Assembly: GCA_963719495.1 (NCBI GenBank)
Contig: CAVRCI010000001.1
Span: forward strand, 320,001-384,000
Length of the DNA stretch: 64,000 nt
Reading direction: 5' to 3'
Source of the DNA: an uncultured Verrucomicrobiae bacterium
GTDB taxonomy: Bacteria > Verrucomicrobiota > Verrucomicrobiia > Chthoniobacterales > JAATET01
In this document: positions 10,355 to 20,968 of the stretch, piece after piece
Layout: each line of letters starts with the position of its first letter
How positions within the stretch are numbered: the first letter of the stretch is position 1
The notes under the pieces: generated by a model
What the model was told of the DNA's origin: nothing
What the model saw: the letters and a program-made list of their open reading frames with translations, nothing else
Database searches by the model: none
Translations under genes and position numbers: made by a program

Positions 10355-11347
10355 ATGCCTCCGGACCGTCCCTCCACCGCGCCCCGCTCGCTGGATGACA
10401 TCCGCGTGGGCCCCGACTACTTCCGCATCCTGTGCTGGGTGGCGGCGGCGGCGACCGTTGCCACCCTCGCCTGGATCGTCGGCGAAATCATCCACCAAGC
10501 CTGGCCCGCCATCCGCGCGTTTGGGCTCAAATTCATCATCAGCACCGAGTGGGTGCCCAACCGCGGCGAATTCGGCGTCCTCCCGTTCCTCGTCGGCACC
10601 ACCGTCAGCTCACTCATCGCCATCCTGCTCGCCCTCCCCCTCGGCCTCGCGGTCGCCATTTTCCTGAGCGAAGACTTTCTCCCCCTCCCCGTTCGCAACG
10701 TCATCCGGTTCGTCGTCGAGCTCCTCGCCGCCATCCCCAGCGTCGTCTACGGCCTCTGGGGCATCGCCGTCGTCATCCCGCTCGTCCGAAATTACGGCGG
10801 CCTCCTCGCCGACGCGTTCGGCGGCGAGAAGAGCTGGCTCGGCGAACACCTCGGCTTCAGCCTCGCCATCTTCAAAGGCCCGTCCTTCGGCAACAGCATG
10901 CTCACCGCCAGTATCGTGCTTGCGCTCATGATCCTGCCGACCATCACCGCCATCGCCCGCAGCGCGATGGTCGCCGTCCCGAAATCCCTCCGCGAAGGAG
11001 CCTACGCCCTCGGCGCGACCCGCTGGGAGGCCATTTTTGGAGTCATCATGCCGACCGCTGCCCCCGGCATCGTCGCCGCCACCATCCTCGCCCTCGGTCG
11101 TGCCATGGGTGAGACGATGGCCATCGCCATGCTCATCGGTAACAGCTCGAATCTCGACTGGTCCGTCCTCCGTCCCGCCGGCACCCTCGCCGCCCTCCTC
11201 GCCAACGAATTCTCGGAAGCCAGCGGCCTCCAAATCGCTTCGCTCATGTATGCCGCTCTCCTCCTCGTCGTCCTCACGCTCGGCGTGAACGTCATCGGCG
11301 AGATCGTCCTCAAACGCGCCCAGAAGAACGTCAGCGGAGCCCTCTAG
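10355..11347 (+). CDS. pstC: Phosphate ABC transporter permease
   Basis: ELLAAIPSVVYGLWG, LGRAMGETMA. Confidence 0.95.
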   Translation: MPPDRPSTAPRSLDDIRVGPDYFRILCWVAAAATVATLAWIVGEIIHQAWPAIRAFGLKFIISTEWVPNRGEFGVLPFLVGTTVSSLIAILLALPLGLAVAIFLSEDFLPLPVRNVIRFVVELLAAIPSVVYGLWGIAVVIPLVRNYGGLLADAFGGEKSWLGEHLGFSLAIFKGPSFGNSMLTASIVLALMILPTITAIARSAMVAVPKSLREGAYALGATRWEAIFGVIMPTAAPGIVAATILALGRAMGETMAIAMLIGNSSNLDWSVLRPAGTLAALLANEFSEASGLQIASLMYAALLLVVLTLGVNVIGEIVLKRAQKNVSGAL

Positions 11348-11354
11348 AATCACC

Positions 11355-12269
11355 ATGGACAACGTCGCCACCCGGGAACCCGATTTCTTCCAGGACCACG
11401 CCATCGACAGCGGCAGCGCGGGGCGTTCCTTCGGCAACCGCGTCCTCACCACCCTCTGCGTCGCGCTCTCGTTCCTGACGCTCATTCCCCTTTTCTCGAT
11501 CGTCTACATGCTCTTCGCGAAGGGCCTGCCGCTTCTCAGCTTCAGCGTCTTCACCGAACTCCCCCCGGCTTCGGGAATGACCGGCGGCGGCTTCGGCAAC
11601 GCCATCATCGGCACCTTCGTCATGGTCGGCATCGCCCTCGCCATCGCCACGCCCCTCGGCATGCTCTCAGCAATCTACGTCACGGAATACGCCCCCTTCT
11701 CGCGGCTCTCGAAAACCGTTCGCTTCGTCGCCAAGCTCCTCACCGGCATCCCATCCATCATCGCGGGCGTCTTCGCCTACGCGATCATCGTGATCAGCGG
11801 CATCTCGATCTTCGGCATCGAAATCGTCCCCCGCGGCTTCTCGGCCTTCGCCGGCGGCGTTGCCCTCGCCGTCCTCATCCTCCCCACCATTCTCCTCACC
11901 TCCGAGCAGGCCCTCCTCGGCGTCCAACGCGCCTACCGCGAAGCCTCCTTCGGCCTCGGCGCGACCCAGTTCCAAACCATCTGGCGCATCGTCCTCCCCG
12001 AGGCCCTCCCGGCCATGATGACCGGCGTCATGCTCGCCGTTGCCCGGGCCGCCGGCGAGACCGCCCCCGTCCTCTTCACCGCGCTTTTCAGCTTCTTCTG
12101 GGCCTCGTCGATCATGCAGCCGACCGCCTCGCTCTCGATGCTCATCTACAACTTCGCAACTCTCCCCTTCGAGCACCAGGTCAACCTCGCGTGGACCGCC
12201 TCCCTCGTCCTCGTCACCATTGTCACGATCATCAACGTCGTCGCTCAACTCGCCTTCCGGAAAAAGTAG
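11355..12269 (+). CDS. pstA: Phosphate ABC transporter permease
   Basis: GIPSII.G, ARAAGETAP. Confidence 0.95.
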   Translation: MDNVATREPDFFQDHAIDSGSAGRSFGNRVLTTLCVALSFLTLIPLFSIVYMLFAKGLPLLSFSVFTELPPASGMTGGGFGNAIIGTFVMVGIALAIATPLGMLSAIYVTEYAPFSRLSKTVRFVAKLLTGIPSIIAGVFAYAIIVISGISIFGIEIVPRGFSAFAGGVALAVLILPTILLTSEQALLGVQRAYREASFGLGATQFQTIWRIVLPEALPAMMTGVMLAVARAAGETAPVLFTALFSFFWASSIMQPTASLSMLIYNFATLPFEHQVNLAWTASLVLVTIVTIINVVAQLAFRKK

Positions 12270-12296
12270 TCGCCGCACCCGGCCCCACTCGTTCAA

Positions 12297-13169
12297 ATGA
12301 ATACCGTCATGGAGAGACCTTCCGACCCAGCCTCCCACCCCCAGCCCGTGTCCTCGTCCCAGCCCGATTCCAGCCCATCGGATCGCTTCGCCGCCGCGCC
12401 GACCGCCGAATCCCGCGAAGACTTCATCGTCGTCCGCGACCTCGATTTCTTCTACGGATCCAAGCAGGCCCTCTTCAACGTCAACCTCCAGATCCCCGAG
12501 AAGCGCGTCACCGCCTTCATCGGCCCTTCCGGATGCGGCAAATCCACCCTCCTGCGGAATTTCAACCGCATGAACGAGCTCATCGATGGCACCCGCTACG
12601 AAGGCGACATCACCATCAACGACCGCAGCATCTACGATCCCAAGATCGAGGTCATCGCCCTCCGCCGCTCCATCGGCATGGTCTTTCAGAAGTCCAACCC
12701 GTTCCCGAAATCCATCTACGAAAACATCGTCTACGGCATGCGCATCGCCGGCCGGAAAAACAAAAAACTCCTCGATCAAACGGTCGAGGAAAGCCTCCGC
12801 GGAGCCGCCCTCTGGGACGAAGTGAAGGACCGCCTCCACGACAGCGCCCTCAGCCTCTCCGGCGGCCAGATGCAGCGCCTCTGCATCGCCCGCGCCATCG
12901 CGAACAAGCCCAAGGTCCTCCTCATGGACGAACCCTGCTCCGCCCTCGACCCCATCGCCACCGCCAAGGTCGAAGAACTCATCCACGAACTGAAGAAGGA
13001 GTTCACCATCATCATCGTCACCCACAACATGCAGCAGGCCACCCGCTGCTCCGACCGCTGCGCCTTCTTTTACCTCGGCAAGCTCATCGAATACGACCAC
13101 ACCCGAAAGCTCTTCTCCAATCCCGCCGAGAAGCAAACCGAGGACTACATCACCGGCCGCTTCGGCTAA
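12297..13169 (+). CDS. pstB: Phosphate ABC transporter ATPase
   Basis: [37 protein letters not shown]. Confidence 0.97.
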   Translation: MNTVMERPSDPASHPQPVSSSQPDSSPSDRFAAAPTAESREDFIVVRDLDFFYGSKQALFNVNLQIPEKRVTAFIGPSGCGKSTLLRNFNRMNELIDGTRYEGDITINDRSIYDPKIEVIALRRSIGMVFQKSNPFPKSIYENIVYGMRIAGRKNKKLLDQTVEESLRGAALWDEVKDRLHDSALSLSGGQMQRLCIARAIANKPKVLLMDEPCSALDPIATAKVEELIHELKKEFTIIIVTHNMQQATRCSDRCAFFYLGKLIEYDHTRKLFSNPAEKQTEDYITGRFG

Positions 13170-13179
13170 ACCACCAACC

Positions 13180-13872
13180 ATGCCCGACACCCCCGGCCCC
13201 CACATTTCCGCGACCTTCGACGGCGTCATGCAGAACTTGCGAAACAACGTTCTCATGATGTCCAGCCTCACCGACCGCAACGTCCAGAACGCCTCGAAGG
13301 GCCTCTTCCAACGCGACGACGACCTCTGCAACGTCGCCATCGCCGACGACGAGGAAATCGACTCGCTCGAAATCCAAATCGACCGCGACGGAGTCGAAAT
13401 CCTCCTCCGCTACAACCCCCTCGCCACCGACCTCCGCCAGGTCGTCACGGCCATGAAGTCCAGCGTCAACATCGAGCGCATCGCCGATCAGGCCGTCAGC
13501 ATCGCCCGCCGGGGAAAAAAGCTCAACGCCGTCGCCGAACTCCCCGCCGTCCACAAGCTCGAGCCCCTCTTCGCCCTCGCCACCGGCATGTTCCGCGACG
13601 CCACCAAAGCCTTCTCCGACTCGGACGTGGAATTGGCCCGATCCCTCAAACCCCGCGACAAGGAACTGGACGTCCTGAACCACGAATTCGCCGACTACTG
13701 CACCGACCGCATGGCCGCCGAGTCCGCCAACGTCCAAGTCTACCTGAACTACATCTTCATAGCTCGTTCGTTAGAGCGAATCGGCGACCACGCCACCAAC
13801 CTGGGCGAAGACATCGTCTACGCGGTAGCAGCCGAAGAAGTCCGCCACAAACAAAGCAGTCCCATCTTGTAG
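13180..13872 (+). CDS. phoU: Phosphate signalling protein PhoU
   Basis: Two ERIAD/ERIGDHATN repeats. Confidence 0.95.
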   Translation: MPDTPGPHISATFDGVMQNLRNNVLMMSSLTDRNVQNASKGLFQRDDDLCNVAIADDEEIDSLEIQIDRDGVEILLRYNPLATDLRQVVTAMKSSVNIERIADQAVSIARRGKKLNAVAELPAVHKLEPLFALATGMFRDATKAFSDSDVELARSLKPRDKELDVLNHEFADYCTDRMAAESANVQVYLNYIFIARSLERIGDHATNLGEDIVYAVAAEEVRHKQSSPIL

Positions 13873-13993
13873 GGGAGCGCACGCGTCCCCGCGTTCGAGC
13901 CGCGGCGTCCCGCCGCGGCAACCCGGCAAATCGAGCGAAGCGAGAGAGCCGGACCCGCTCAAGGAGCGGCGATTTGCAATCGCCGAACCAACC
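13872..13993. repeat. Composite REP-like element, copy 1
   Basis: GGGGAGCGCACGCGTCCCCGCGT...CGAGCGAAGCGAGAGAGCCG...CTCAAGGAGCGGCGATTTGCAATCGCCG; near-identical to 19028-19146. Confidence 0.85.
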
Positions 13994-14021
13994 CAAGCGG
14001 CAAAGCCGCCACTCCCTCACC

Positions 14022-15286
14022 CCAGGGCCGACGCATCTAAAAATTGAGGAGGTGCAGGAGGAAGTCGTGATCCCAGGCTGCGACGAGTTGTTTGGTCTTG
14101 ATGCTGCGTTTTTTGGACTTTTCGCGAGAGAGCAGGTTTAGGGCGAGGCGGCGCAGGGTGGCGAGATTCTCGGCGGCGTGAGCGGTTCGAGCGCGGGAAC
14201 CATCTTCGCGCAGGATGACGTCCAAGACCCAGTGGCAGGAGTTTTCCACGCCCCAATGTCCACGGACGGCTTGAGCGAAAAGTCCGACGTCGAGGGGCAG
14301 GCTGCTCAGGAAGTAGCGTCTTTCCACGCTGATTTGACCTTTGATTTCGCGGCTGGATTCGACCATTCCGACGCTCTGCAGCCCTTCCCATTGGCTGATG
14401 TCTGCGAACCAGTCGATGGCGACGCTTTGGAAATAGCGCCGGATTTCCAAGCGCCCGTGGCCTTTGTCGACGGTTTCCAGGAATGCGAAAGTGGGAGCGC
14501 TTGGTGGTTTCTTCGTGGATGGTTTGGGCACTGGAGGGCTCTGGAGCTCGCGATCAAATTCGGCATCGAGGAAGCTTTTGACTTCCTCATGGACGGTTTG
14601 GTGATTGCCTTTGAGAGCGAGAACGTAATCGGCGTCGGCCTCGATGATTTCTCGGGCGATCTCTTTCTGGCACCCCATCGCGTCGGTGCTCACGATGCAG
14701 CCACGCAGTTCCAACGCTCGCAGCAGCGTGGGAACCGCCGTGATTTCGTTGGTTTTGTCGGGCACTTCGAGCTGCCCCAGGACAAGTCGATTGCTGGTTG
14801 CCCAAGCATTGACGATGAAGCGCACATTCCCGCCGTCCTGGCAGGCTGCGCGGAGGGCTTTGCCGTCGACGGCGACGATTTCCCGGTCGATGTGTTCGCG
14901 CACGCTCTGCGTCCACCTCATGAAGCACTCGTGAAAACTCGCCGGATTGATCAGCGAAAACACGCGATTGAACGTGTCGTGGCTGGGGATGCCGTTGGGC
15001 AACTTCAGAAACGTTCGGAACCATTTTTCCTTGGCCCGACCGAACTCTTCCATGTCGTAGAAAGACGTGCCCGCGCACAAAAGCGTCGAGATCGCGATCA
15101 CTAGAATGTCGCTCAACTCATGGTAGCGAGTGCGCGATACTCGCGGATCTTCTATGCGTTTGAACTCTTCGATCAGGCTTTTTTGGATGGGATGCGTTTC
15201 GGGCATCTCCTCCATCTACGCACGGGAAAATATAGTACCAGCCCAAACTTCCTCCATCGCGATCTTTTTTGATGCGTCGGCCCTGG
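14022..15286 (-). mobile_element. ISAs1-family insertion sequence
   Basis: Terminal IRs CCAGGGCCGACGCATC / GATGCGTCGGCCCTGG; flanking direct repeat CCTCACC (14015-14021, 15287-15293). Confidence 0.92.
14037..15215 (-). CDS. ISAs1-family DDE transposase
   Basis: DPR, GIPSHDTFNRVF, AVDGK, KTNEI, DAMGCQ, ALKGN, RGHWGVEN.CHWVLDV..RED. Confidence 0.95.
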   Translation of the reverse strand: MEEMPETHPIQKSLIEEFKRIEDPRVSRTRYHELSDILVIAISTLLCAGTSFYDMEEFGRAKEKWFRTFLKLPNGIPSHDTFNRVFSLINPASFHECFMRWTQSVREHIDREIVAVDGKALRAACQDGGNVRFIVNAWATSNRLVLGQLEVPDKTNEITAVPTLLRALELRGCIVSTDAMGCQKEIAREIIEADADYVLALKGNHQTVHEEVKSFLDAEFDRELQSPPVPKPSTKKPPSAPTFAFLETVDKGHGRLEIRRYFQSVAIDWFADISQWEGLQSVGMVESSREIKGQISVERRYFLSSLPLDVGLFAQAVRGHWGVENSCHWVLDVILREDGSRARTAHAAENLATLRRLALNLLSREKSKKRSIKTKQLVAAWDHDFLLHLLNF

Positions 15287-15338
15287 CCTCACCCCAACCC
15301 AGCGTGACACCCACCCCACCCCCCGCTACCGTCCGCCC

Positions 15339-16256
15339 ATGATCAGCATGACCGGATACGGCCGAGGAGAATCAAAAACCACCACCCCCCGCTGCGTGGT
15401 CGAGTGCTCCTCGGTCAACCGCAAGGGCCTCGAAGTCGCCTGCCAAATGCCCCGCGACCTCGCCGCCATCGAAGTCAAAATCCGCGACCTCGTCCAACGC
15501 CGGATCGCCCGCGGCCGGGTCGCCGTCGTCATCCAATTCCCCGCCAACCCAGCCACCCCCGATTCCGCCCCACCCGAAACCACCGCACTCCAGCCCCCCC
15601 CCACCATCGACACGCCCCTCGCCCGCAATCTCCTCACCCAACTCCGCGCCCTCCAGACCGACCTCGACCTCCCCGGCACCCTCGACATCAACACCCTCCT
15701 CGCCATCCCCGGGATCCTCCGCCCCCCCGAGCCCGCCGCCGAAATCACCGAAACCCCCGACGTCTGGCCGTCCCTCCAGCAAGCCCTCGAATCCGCCCTC
15801 ACCGCCCTCGTCGCCATGCGCCGCCAAGAGGGCGAAGCCCTCGCCACCGACCTCACCACCCGCCTCGCCCACCTCGCCACCCTCCGCGACCAGATGGCCG
15901 CCCACGCCCAGCAAGTCGTCACCGACTACCGCGCCCTCCTCCACAAACGCCTCGCCGAAGCCGCGCTCGAATTCCCCGTCGACGAACACCGCCTCGCCAC
16001 CGAAATCGCCATTTTCGCCGAACGCTGCGACGTCTCCGAAGAGCTCACCCGCCTCGCCAGCCACTTCGACCAGTTCCGCGAAAAGCTCGCCAGCCCCGAA
16101 CCCATCGGCCGCGCCCTGGAATTTCTCACCCAGGAAATCTCCCGCGAATTCAACACCCTCGGTGCGAAAGCCGGCGACAGCGCCCTCTCCCGCTTGGTCG
16201 TCGACGCGAAGGTGGAACTTGATAAGATGCGCGAGCAGATCCTCAATGTTGAATAG
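15339..16256 (+). CDS. yicC: YicC family endoribonuclease
   Basis: MISMTGYG, SVNRK, DVSEELTRL, QEISREFNTLGAK, REQILNVE. Confidence 0.93.
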   Translation: MISMTGYGRGESKTTTPRCVVECSSVNRKGLEVACQMPRDLAAIEVKIRDLVQRRIARGRVAVVIQFPANPATPDSAPPETTALQPPPTIDTPLARNLLTQLRALQTDLDLPGTLDINTLLAIPGILRPPEPAAEITETPDVWPSLQQALESALTALVAMRRQEGEALATDLTTRLAHLATLRDQMAAHAQQVVTDYRALLHKRLAEAALEFPVDEHRLATEIAIFAERCDVSEELTRLASHFDQFREKLASPEPIGRALEFLTQEISREFNTLGAKAGDSALSRLVVDAKVELDKMREQILNVE

Positions 16257-16884
16257 CACCTTCAGCCGCACCGGCATCCTCTTCGTCCTCTCCGCCCCCT
16301 CCGGCGCGGGAAAGACCACCCTCACCACCTCGCTCCGGCAGAAGCCCGACTTCGTCTACGCCGTCTCCTGCACCACCCGCCCCCCCCGCCCCGGCGAGAT
16401 CGACGGCGAGGACTACATCTTCATCTCCGAAGACGACTTCGCCACCCGCGTCGCCGCCAACGAATTCCTCGAGCACGCCGAAGTCCACGGCCGCCGCTAC
16501 GGCACGCTCAAAGAAACCGTCCTCACCCAGCTCCGCGCAGGCGTCGACGTCCTCATCGACATCGACACCACCGGAGCCGCCAACATCCGCGCCTGCGACG
16601 ACCCCATCATCCGCGACGCCCTCGCCGACATCTTCATCATGCCCCCCAGCCTCGACGAGCTCCGCCGCCGCCTCACCAAGCGCGGCACCGAGACCGAAGA
16701 CCAGATCGAAGTCCGCATCGCCAACGCCGCGTCCGAAATGCGGCACTGGCGCAGTTACCGCTACACCCTCATCAGCGAATCCATGGAAGAGGATATCCAA
16801 AAATTCCGAGCCGTCATGCGAGCCGAACGCTACCTCAGCCACCGCCTCGCCGAGGTCCCCGCCATCCACCCGGCCGCCCCATGA
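16246..16884 (+). CDS. gmk: Guanylate kinase
   Basis: SAPSGAGKTT, SCTTRPPRPGEIDGEDY, YGT. Confidence 0.95.
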   Translation: MLNSTFSRTGILFVLSAPSGAGKTTLTTSLRQKPDFVYAVSCTTRPPRPGEIDGEDYIFISEDDFATRVAANEFLEHAEVHGRRYGTLKETVLTQLRAGVDVLIDIDTTGAANIRACDDPIIRDALADIFIMPPSLDELRRRLTKRGTETEDQIEVRIANAASEMRHWRSYRYTLISESMEEDIQKFRAVMRAERYLSHRLAEVPAIHPAAP

Positions 16885-17456
16885 CCCCAATCCGCAATCC
16901 GAAATCCGCAATCCGCAATTCCCCCACGATCCTCCTGGGAATCAGCGGCTCCATCGCCGCCACCAAGTCGCCCGACCTCGCCAGCCGCCTCCGAAAAAAC
17001 GGTTTCGACGTCCACGCCATTCTCACCACCGCCGCCGCCGAATTCGTCACCCCCCTCGCGCTCCAGACCCTCACCCGCAACCCCGTCACCACCGGCATCT
17101 TCGACGAGAAGCAATCCTGGCACCCCGGCCACATCCACCTCGCCGACGTCGCCGACCTCCTCCTCGTCGCCCCCGCCACGGCCAACGTCATCGCCAAGCT
17201 CGCCCACGGCATCGCCGACGACGCCCTCACCTCCATTGCCCTCGCCACCGAAGCACCCCTCGTCATCGCCCCCGCCATGAACGGCAAAATGTGGCAGCAC
17301 CCCGCCACCCAGCAAAACGTCGCCACCCTCACCCAGCGAGGGGCCACCTTCATCGGCCCGGAATCCGGAATGCTGGCCTGCGGCTACGAAGGGCTGGGCC
17401 GCCTCTGGCCAGTGGAAGAGATCGTAGAAACAGTAAGAGCGCTCCTGGTCGGCTAG
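16881..17456 (+). CDS. coaC: Phosphopantothenoylcysteine decarboxylase (stand-alone CoaC flavoprotein domain)
   Basis: GISGSIAA, APATANVIAK, APAMN..M, GMLACGYEG.GRL; no CoaB domain. Confidence 0.88.
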   Translation: MTPIRNPKSAIRNSPTILLGISGSIAATKSPDLASRLRKNGFDVHAILTTAAAEFVTPLALQTLTRNPVTTGIFDEKQSWHPGHIHLADVADLLLVAPATANVIAKLAHGIADDALTSIALATEAPLVIAPAMNGKMWQHPATQQNVATLTQRGATFIGPESGMLACGYEGLGRLWPVEEIVETVRALLVG

Positions 17457-17527
17457 CGCCCCGTGCCCATCGGCTTCCAGCCGATCACCACCCAAAATCG
17501 GCCCAAGCCGATCAAACCCCTCACCCC

Positions 17528-17938
17528 CTACACCCGGTAAACCGCCCCATCATCGAACACCTTCTCCTCCCTCACCGCCACCACGTTCCCCGCCCGATCC
17601 ATCTCCTGAAAGAAGCAGCTCCGATACCCCACGTGACAAGCCCCACCCGCCTGCTCGATCTCGAATAAAAGCACGTCCGCGTCACAATCCTTGAACCACC
17701 GCACCACCCGCTGCGTGTGGCCGCTCGTCTCCCCCTTGAGCCACAACTTCCCCCGCGACCGGCTCCAGTAGTGCATCGTCCCGGTCTCCAGCGTCTTCTC
17801 CAGCGCCTCCCGGTTCATCCAGGCAAACATCAACACCCGCCCCGCCGGAGCCCCACCGCCCGCACCGGCCTCCTGCGCGATCGCCGGAATCAATCCATCC
17901 GGCCCAAACTTCAGATCCAAATCCATACCTGCATCCAT
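17528..17938 (-). CDS. hisI: Phosphoribosyl-AMP cyclohydrolase
   Basis: YWSRSRGKLWLKGETSG, DCDAD, ACHVGYRSCF. Confidence 0.95.
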   Translation of the reverse strand: MDAGMDLDLKFGPDGLIPAIAQEAGAGGGAPAGRVLMFAWMNREALEKTLETGTMHYWSRSRGKLWLKGETSGHTQRVVRWFKDCDADVLLFEIEQAGGACHVGYRSCFFQEMDRAGNVVAVREEKVFDDGAVYRV

Positions 17939-17990
17939 CCCACAAAACTCTTCCCTCGGAAAACCGAAAATCCGACACTCCCCGCCTTCC

Positions 17991-19007
17991 ATGAGCGAAA
18001 ACACCTCGCCCCCCGCCTCGCCCCCTGAACCAGCCACCCCGCGCTACCGCCACTTCACCGTCGCGCCGCGCACGATCGATCTCCCCGCCGAAGTCCTCCT
18101 CTCCGCCGTCCCCGCCGACGCCCGCACCCGCCGCGACCCCGGTGGTCCGCTCACCATCCCCTGCGCCGACGTCCTCGCCTCCAACTCGCCCCGAGTCCGC
18201 TCGAGCCGCCTCCGCGAATGGCTCCCCGACTCCATCGCCCCCGACGCCGACCTCCCCGAGTGGCTCCCCCTCCCCACCGCCAAAGTCGCCCTCGCCTACC
18301 GCCCGACCACCGGTCGCGAAGCCCTCCCCACCCCCGCCGAGCCGTTCACCGGGAGCCAATCCGTCCCAGTCGAGAAGCCCGTAACTCCACCGCCGACCCC
18401 GTCCAAACCCGGCTGGAAACGAATTCTCAAACCCGTTCTAGGCCCCTCCGTCGAAGAGCTCGAAGAGCGCCGCCAAGCTCTCCTTCGCCCTCAGCAGGAA
18501 ACCGCCCAGCCTTCCCCGCCCGAAGAAAAGCCCGTCCTCAACCTCCCCCCCAAGCCAATCCCGGCACCGACGCCACCCACCCCCACCCCGACCCCGGCCC
18601 GCACCGACGTGCTCCCCACCTCCGCCGCCCTCCGCGCGATCTTCCACACCGACGAAGACCTCACGCTCCAGAACGTCACCGATCTGGCCGGCTCGCTGGC
18701 CGGGGTCCAGGGTTGCGTCCTCACCGTCGGCGAAGACCTCCGTTTATCCGCCGACATCCCGGAAGGTTTCGACGTCCGCGCGATCCGCGACCAGCTTCTC
18801 AATCTCCTCACCGACGCCCCAAAAAACGTCACGTCCCGAGGCGCCATCCGCACCCCCGCCCTCACCCTCTACTTCGAGCAAGGTCCGATCAGCATCATGC
18901 GCCACGGCAACGCCAGCTTCCTGATCGTCCATCAGGAGCGAACCTTCCTCCCCGGCCTCAGGGAAAAACTCTCCACTGCCCTGGAGTCCCTGAACACCGA
19001 AAAATAA
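17991..19007 (+). CDS. Hypothetical Pro-rich protein with a C-terminal Roadblock/LC7-like domain
   Basis: Pro-rich linker; C-terminal LAGVQGCVL..GEDL.LSA...ISI...FLIVH pattern; host-like codon bias. Confidence 0.6.
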   Translation: MSENTSPPASPPEPATPRYRHFTVAPRTIDLPAEVLLSAVPADARTRRDPGGPLTIPCADVLASNSPRVRSSRLREWLPDSIAPDADLPEWLPLPTAKVALAYRPTTGREALPTPAEPFTGSQSVPVEKPVTPPPTPSKPGWKRILKPVLGPSVEELEERRQALLRPQQETAQPSPPEEKPVLNLPPKPIPAPTPPTPTPTPARTDVLPTSAALRAIFHTDEDLTLQNVTDLAGSLAGVQGCVLTVGEDLRLSADIPEGFDVRAIRDQLLNLLTDAPKNVTSRGAIRTPALTLYFEQGPISIMRHGNASFLIVHQERTFLPGLREKLSTALESLNTEK

Positions 19008-19027
19008 GGACACTGCAAGGAGCCGCC

Positions 19028-19146
19028 GGGGAGCGCACGCGTCCCCGCGTGCGAGATGCGGCGTCCCGCCGCATCATTCGGCAAGTCGAGCGAAGCGAGA
19101 GAGCCGAAACTCAAGGAGCGGCAATTTGCAATCGCCGGACCAACCA
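19028..19146. repeat. Composite REP-like element, copy 2
   Basis: Matches 13872-13993; lies between convergent genes. Confidence 0.85.
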
Positions 19147-19257
19147 CATTCCGCGCAGCGCAACCAACCCACCCCGGCAACCCGCGCCAGCGGGAGCCGG
19201 TCGCCCTCCACCAGTCACCAGTCACCAGTCACCAATCACGGCGTAATCGCCTCTCCC

Positions 19258-20670
19258 CTAAGGCCTCGTCATCGAAGCCGGCTCCACCCACACATCGAAA
19301 TCCTCCGCCGAAACAAACCCGAGCGCCACCGCCGCCTCCTTCAAGCTCGACCGATCCTTGTGCGCCTTCTTCGCGATCTGCGCCGACTTGTCGTAGCCGA
19401 TGTGCGGATTCAGCGCCGTCACCAGCATCAACGAATCCGCCACGTAACCCGCGATCTTCTCGAGATTCGGTTCGATCCCCACCGCGCAATGCCCGGTGAA
19501 CGACCGGCACCCGTCTGCGAGCAGCCGCACCGAATTCAAGAAATTGAAGATGATCACCGGCTTGTAAACGTTCAGCTCAAAATTCCCCTGAGACCCCGCG
19601 ATTCCGATGGCCGCGTCATTCCCCATCACCTGCACCGCCACCATCGTCAGCGACTCGCACTGCGTCGGATTCACCTTCCCCGGCATGATCGAACTCCCCG
19701 GCTCGTTCTCTGGAATCGTCAACTCGCCCAATCCACACCGCGGCCCGCTCGCCAGCCACCGCACGTCATTCGCGACCTTCATCGCCGTGCAAGCCAGTGA
19801 TTTCAACGCCCCACTCGCAAAAACGAACTCACTGTGCGCCGAAAGCGCCGTGAATTTATTCGGCGCGGACGTGAACGGCATCCCGGTCAGCTCCGCGATC
19901 TTCGCCGCCGTCCGCTCCGCGAATTCCGGGTGGGAATTCAGCCCCGTCCCCACCGCCGTCCCGCCGATCGCCAGCGCGCACAACCCGGGCAGCCCCGCCT
20001 CGATCCGCGCCAGATCGTCGTCCAACGCCTGCACGTAACCCGAAAACTCCTGCCCCAGCGTCAGCGGCGTCGCGTCCTGCAAATGGGTCCGCCCGATTTT
20101 CACCACGTCGGCGAACGCCTCCGCCTTCGCCGCCAGCACGTCCCGCAACCCCCGCACCGCCGGCAGCAACCGCTCCCGCACCACCGTCGCCGCCGCGATG
20201 CTCATCGCCGTCGGAAACGTGTCGTTCGAGCTCTGCGACATGTTCACGTGATCGTTCGGATGCACCGGCTGCTTGCTGCCCATTTCTCCCCCCGCCAGCT
20301 CGATCGCCCGGTTCGAGATCACCTCGTTCGCGTTCATGTTGCTCTGCGTCCCGCTCCCCGTCTGCCAGATCCGAAGTGGAAAATGATCGTCCAGCGACCC
20401 GGCGATCACCTCGTCCGCCGCCCGCACGATCAGTTCGCACTTATCCTTCGGCAGCTTCCCAAGCTCCGCGTTCACCAGCGCGCAAGCCTTCTTGAGCACG
20501 CCCAGAGCCCGGATCAACTCCGGCGGCTTCACGTCGTCCCCGATGTCGAAGTGGATCAGCGACCGCGCCGTCTGCGCCCCGTAATACCGGTCCTTCGCCA
20601 CCGGGATCTCCCCCATGCTGTCACTCTCCAACCGCTGCGAAGCGGGATCAAAATCAAACGTCTCGGTCAT
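19258..20670 (-). CDS. fumC: Class II fumarate hydratase
   Basis: [29 protein letters not shown]. Confidence 0.97.
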   Translation of the reverse strand: MTETFDFDPASQRLESDSMGEIPVAKDRYYGAQTARSLIHFDIGDDVKPPELIRALGVLKKACALVNAELGKLPKDKCELIVRAADEVIAGSLDDHFPLRIWQTGSGTQSNMNANEVISNRAIELAGGEMGSKQPVHPNDHVNMSQSSNDTFPTAMSIAAATVVRERLLPAVRGLRDVLAAKAEAFADVVKIGRTHLQDATPLTLGQEFSGYVQALDDDLARIEAGLPGLCALAIGGTAVGTGLNSHPEFAERTAAKIAELTGMPFTSAPNKFTALSAHSEFVFASGALKSLACTAMKVANDVRWLASGPRCGLGELTIPENEPGSSIMPGKVNPTQCESLTMVAVQVMGNDAAIGIAGSQGNFELNVYKPVIIFNFLNSVRLLADGCRSFTGHCAVGIEPNLEKIAGYVADSLMLVTALNPHIGYDKSAQIAKKAHKDRSSLKEAAVALGFVSAEDFDVWVEPASMTRP

Positions 20671-20884
20671 AGAACAACGAAGTTACGCAGATCCGCCACC
20701 GCAACAAAAGGGGAGAACAGGGTTGCCTTCGGCGGCCTCCGCTATGCTCCGGCTCCAGCCTGTCGCACCGGGCTTCCAGCCCGGTGCTCCTCCCCATGTG
20801 CAAAGCGCCACTTTCCAGAAGTTTCCCACTCGCGAAACAAAAGAAACGAAGCCCCCAAACAATAAATCACCTCCGCCCCACCAT

Positions 20885-20945
20885 TTTCATTGACGTTTCA
20901 CTCCCTTCGGTGGGACAAAGTGGGGTGAAGTGGGAGTCAGTGGTA
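20885..20945 (+). promoter_or_regulatory. dcw promoter region with MraZ-binding direct repeats
   Basis: GTGGG at 20910, 20920, 20930 and GTGGT at 20940 (10-bp period), the known MraZ box arrangement; TTGACG at 20890. Confidence 0.85.
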
Positions 20946-20968
20946 TGTAGACCCTAGGAAACAACGAA

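Noticed and set aside
16881..17456. Truncated coaBC pseudogene
   Set aside because: The decarboxylase domain is complete with a clean stop; split coaB/coaC is a known arrangement
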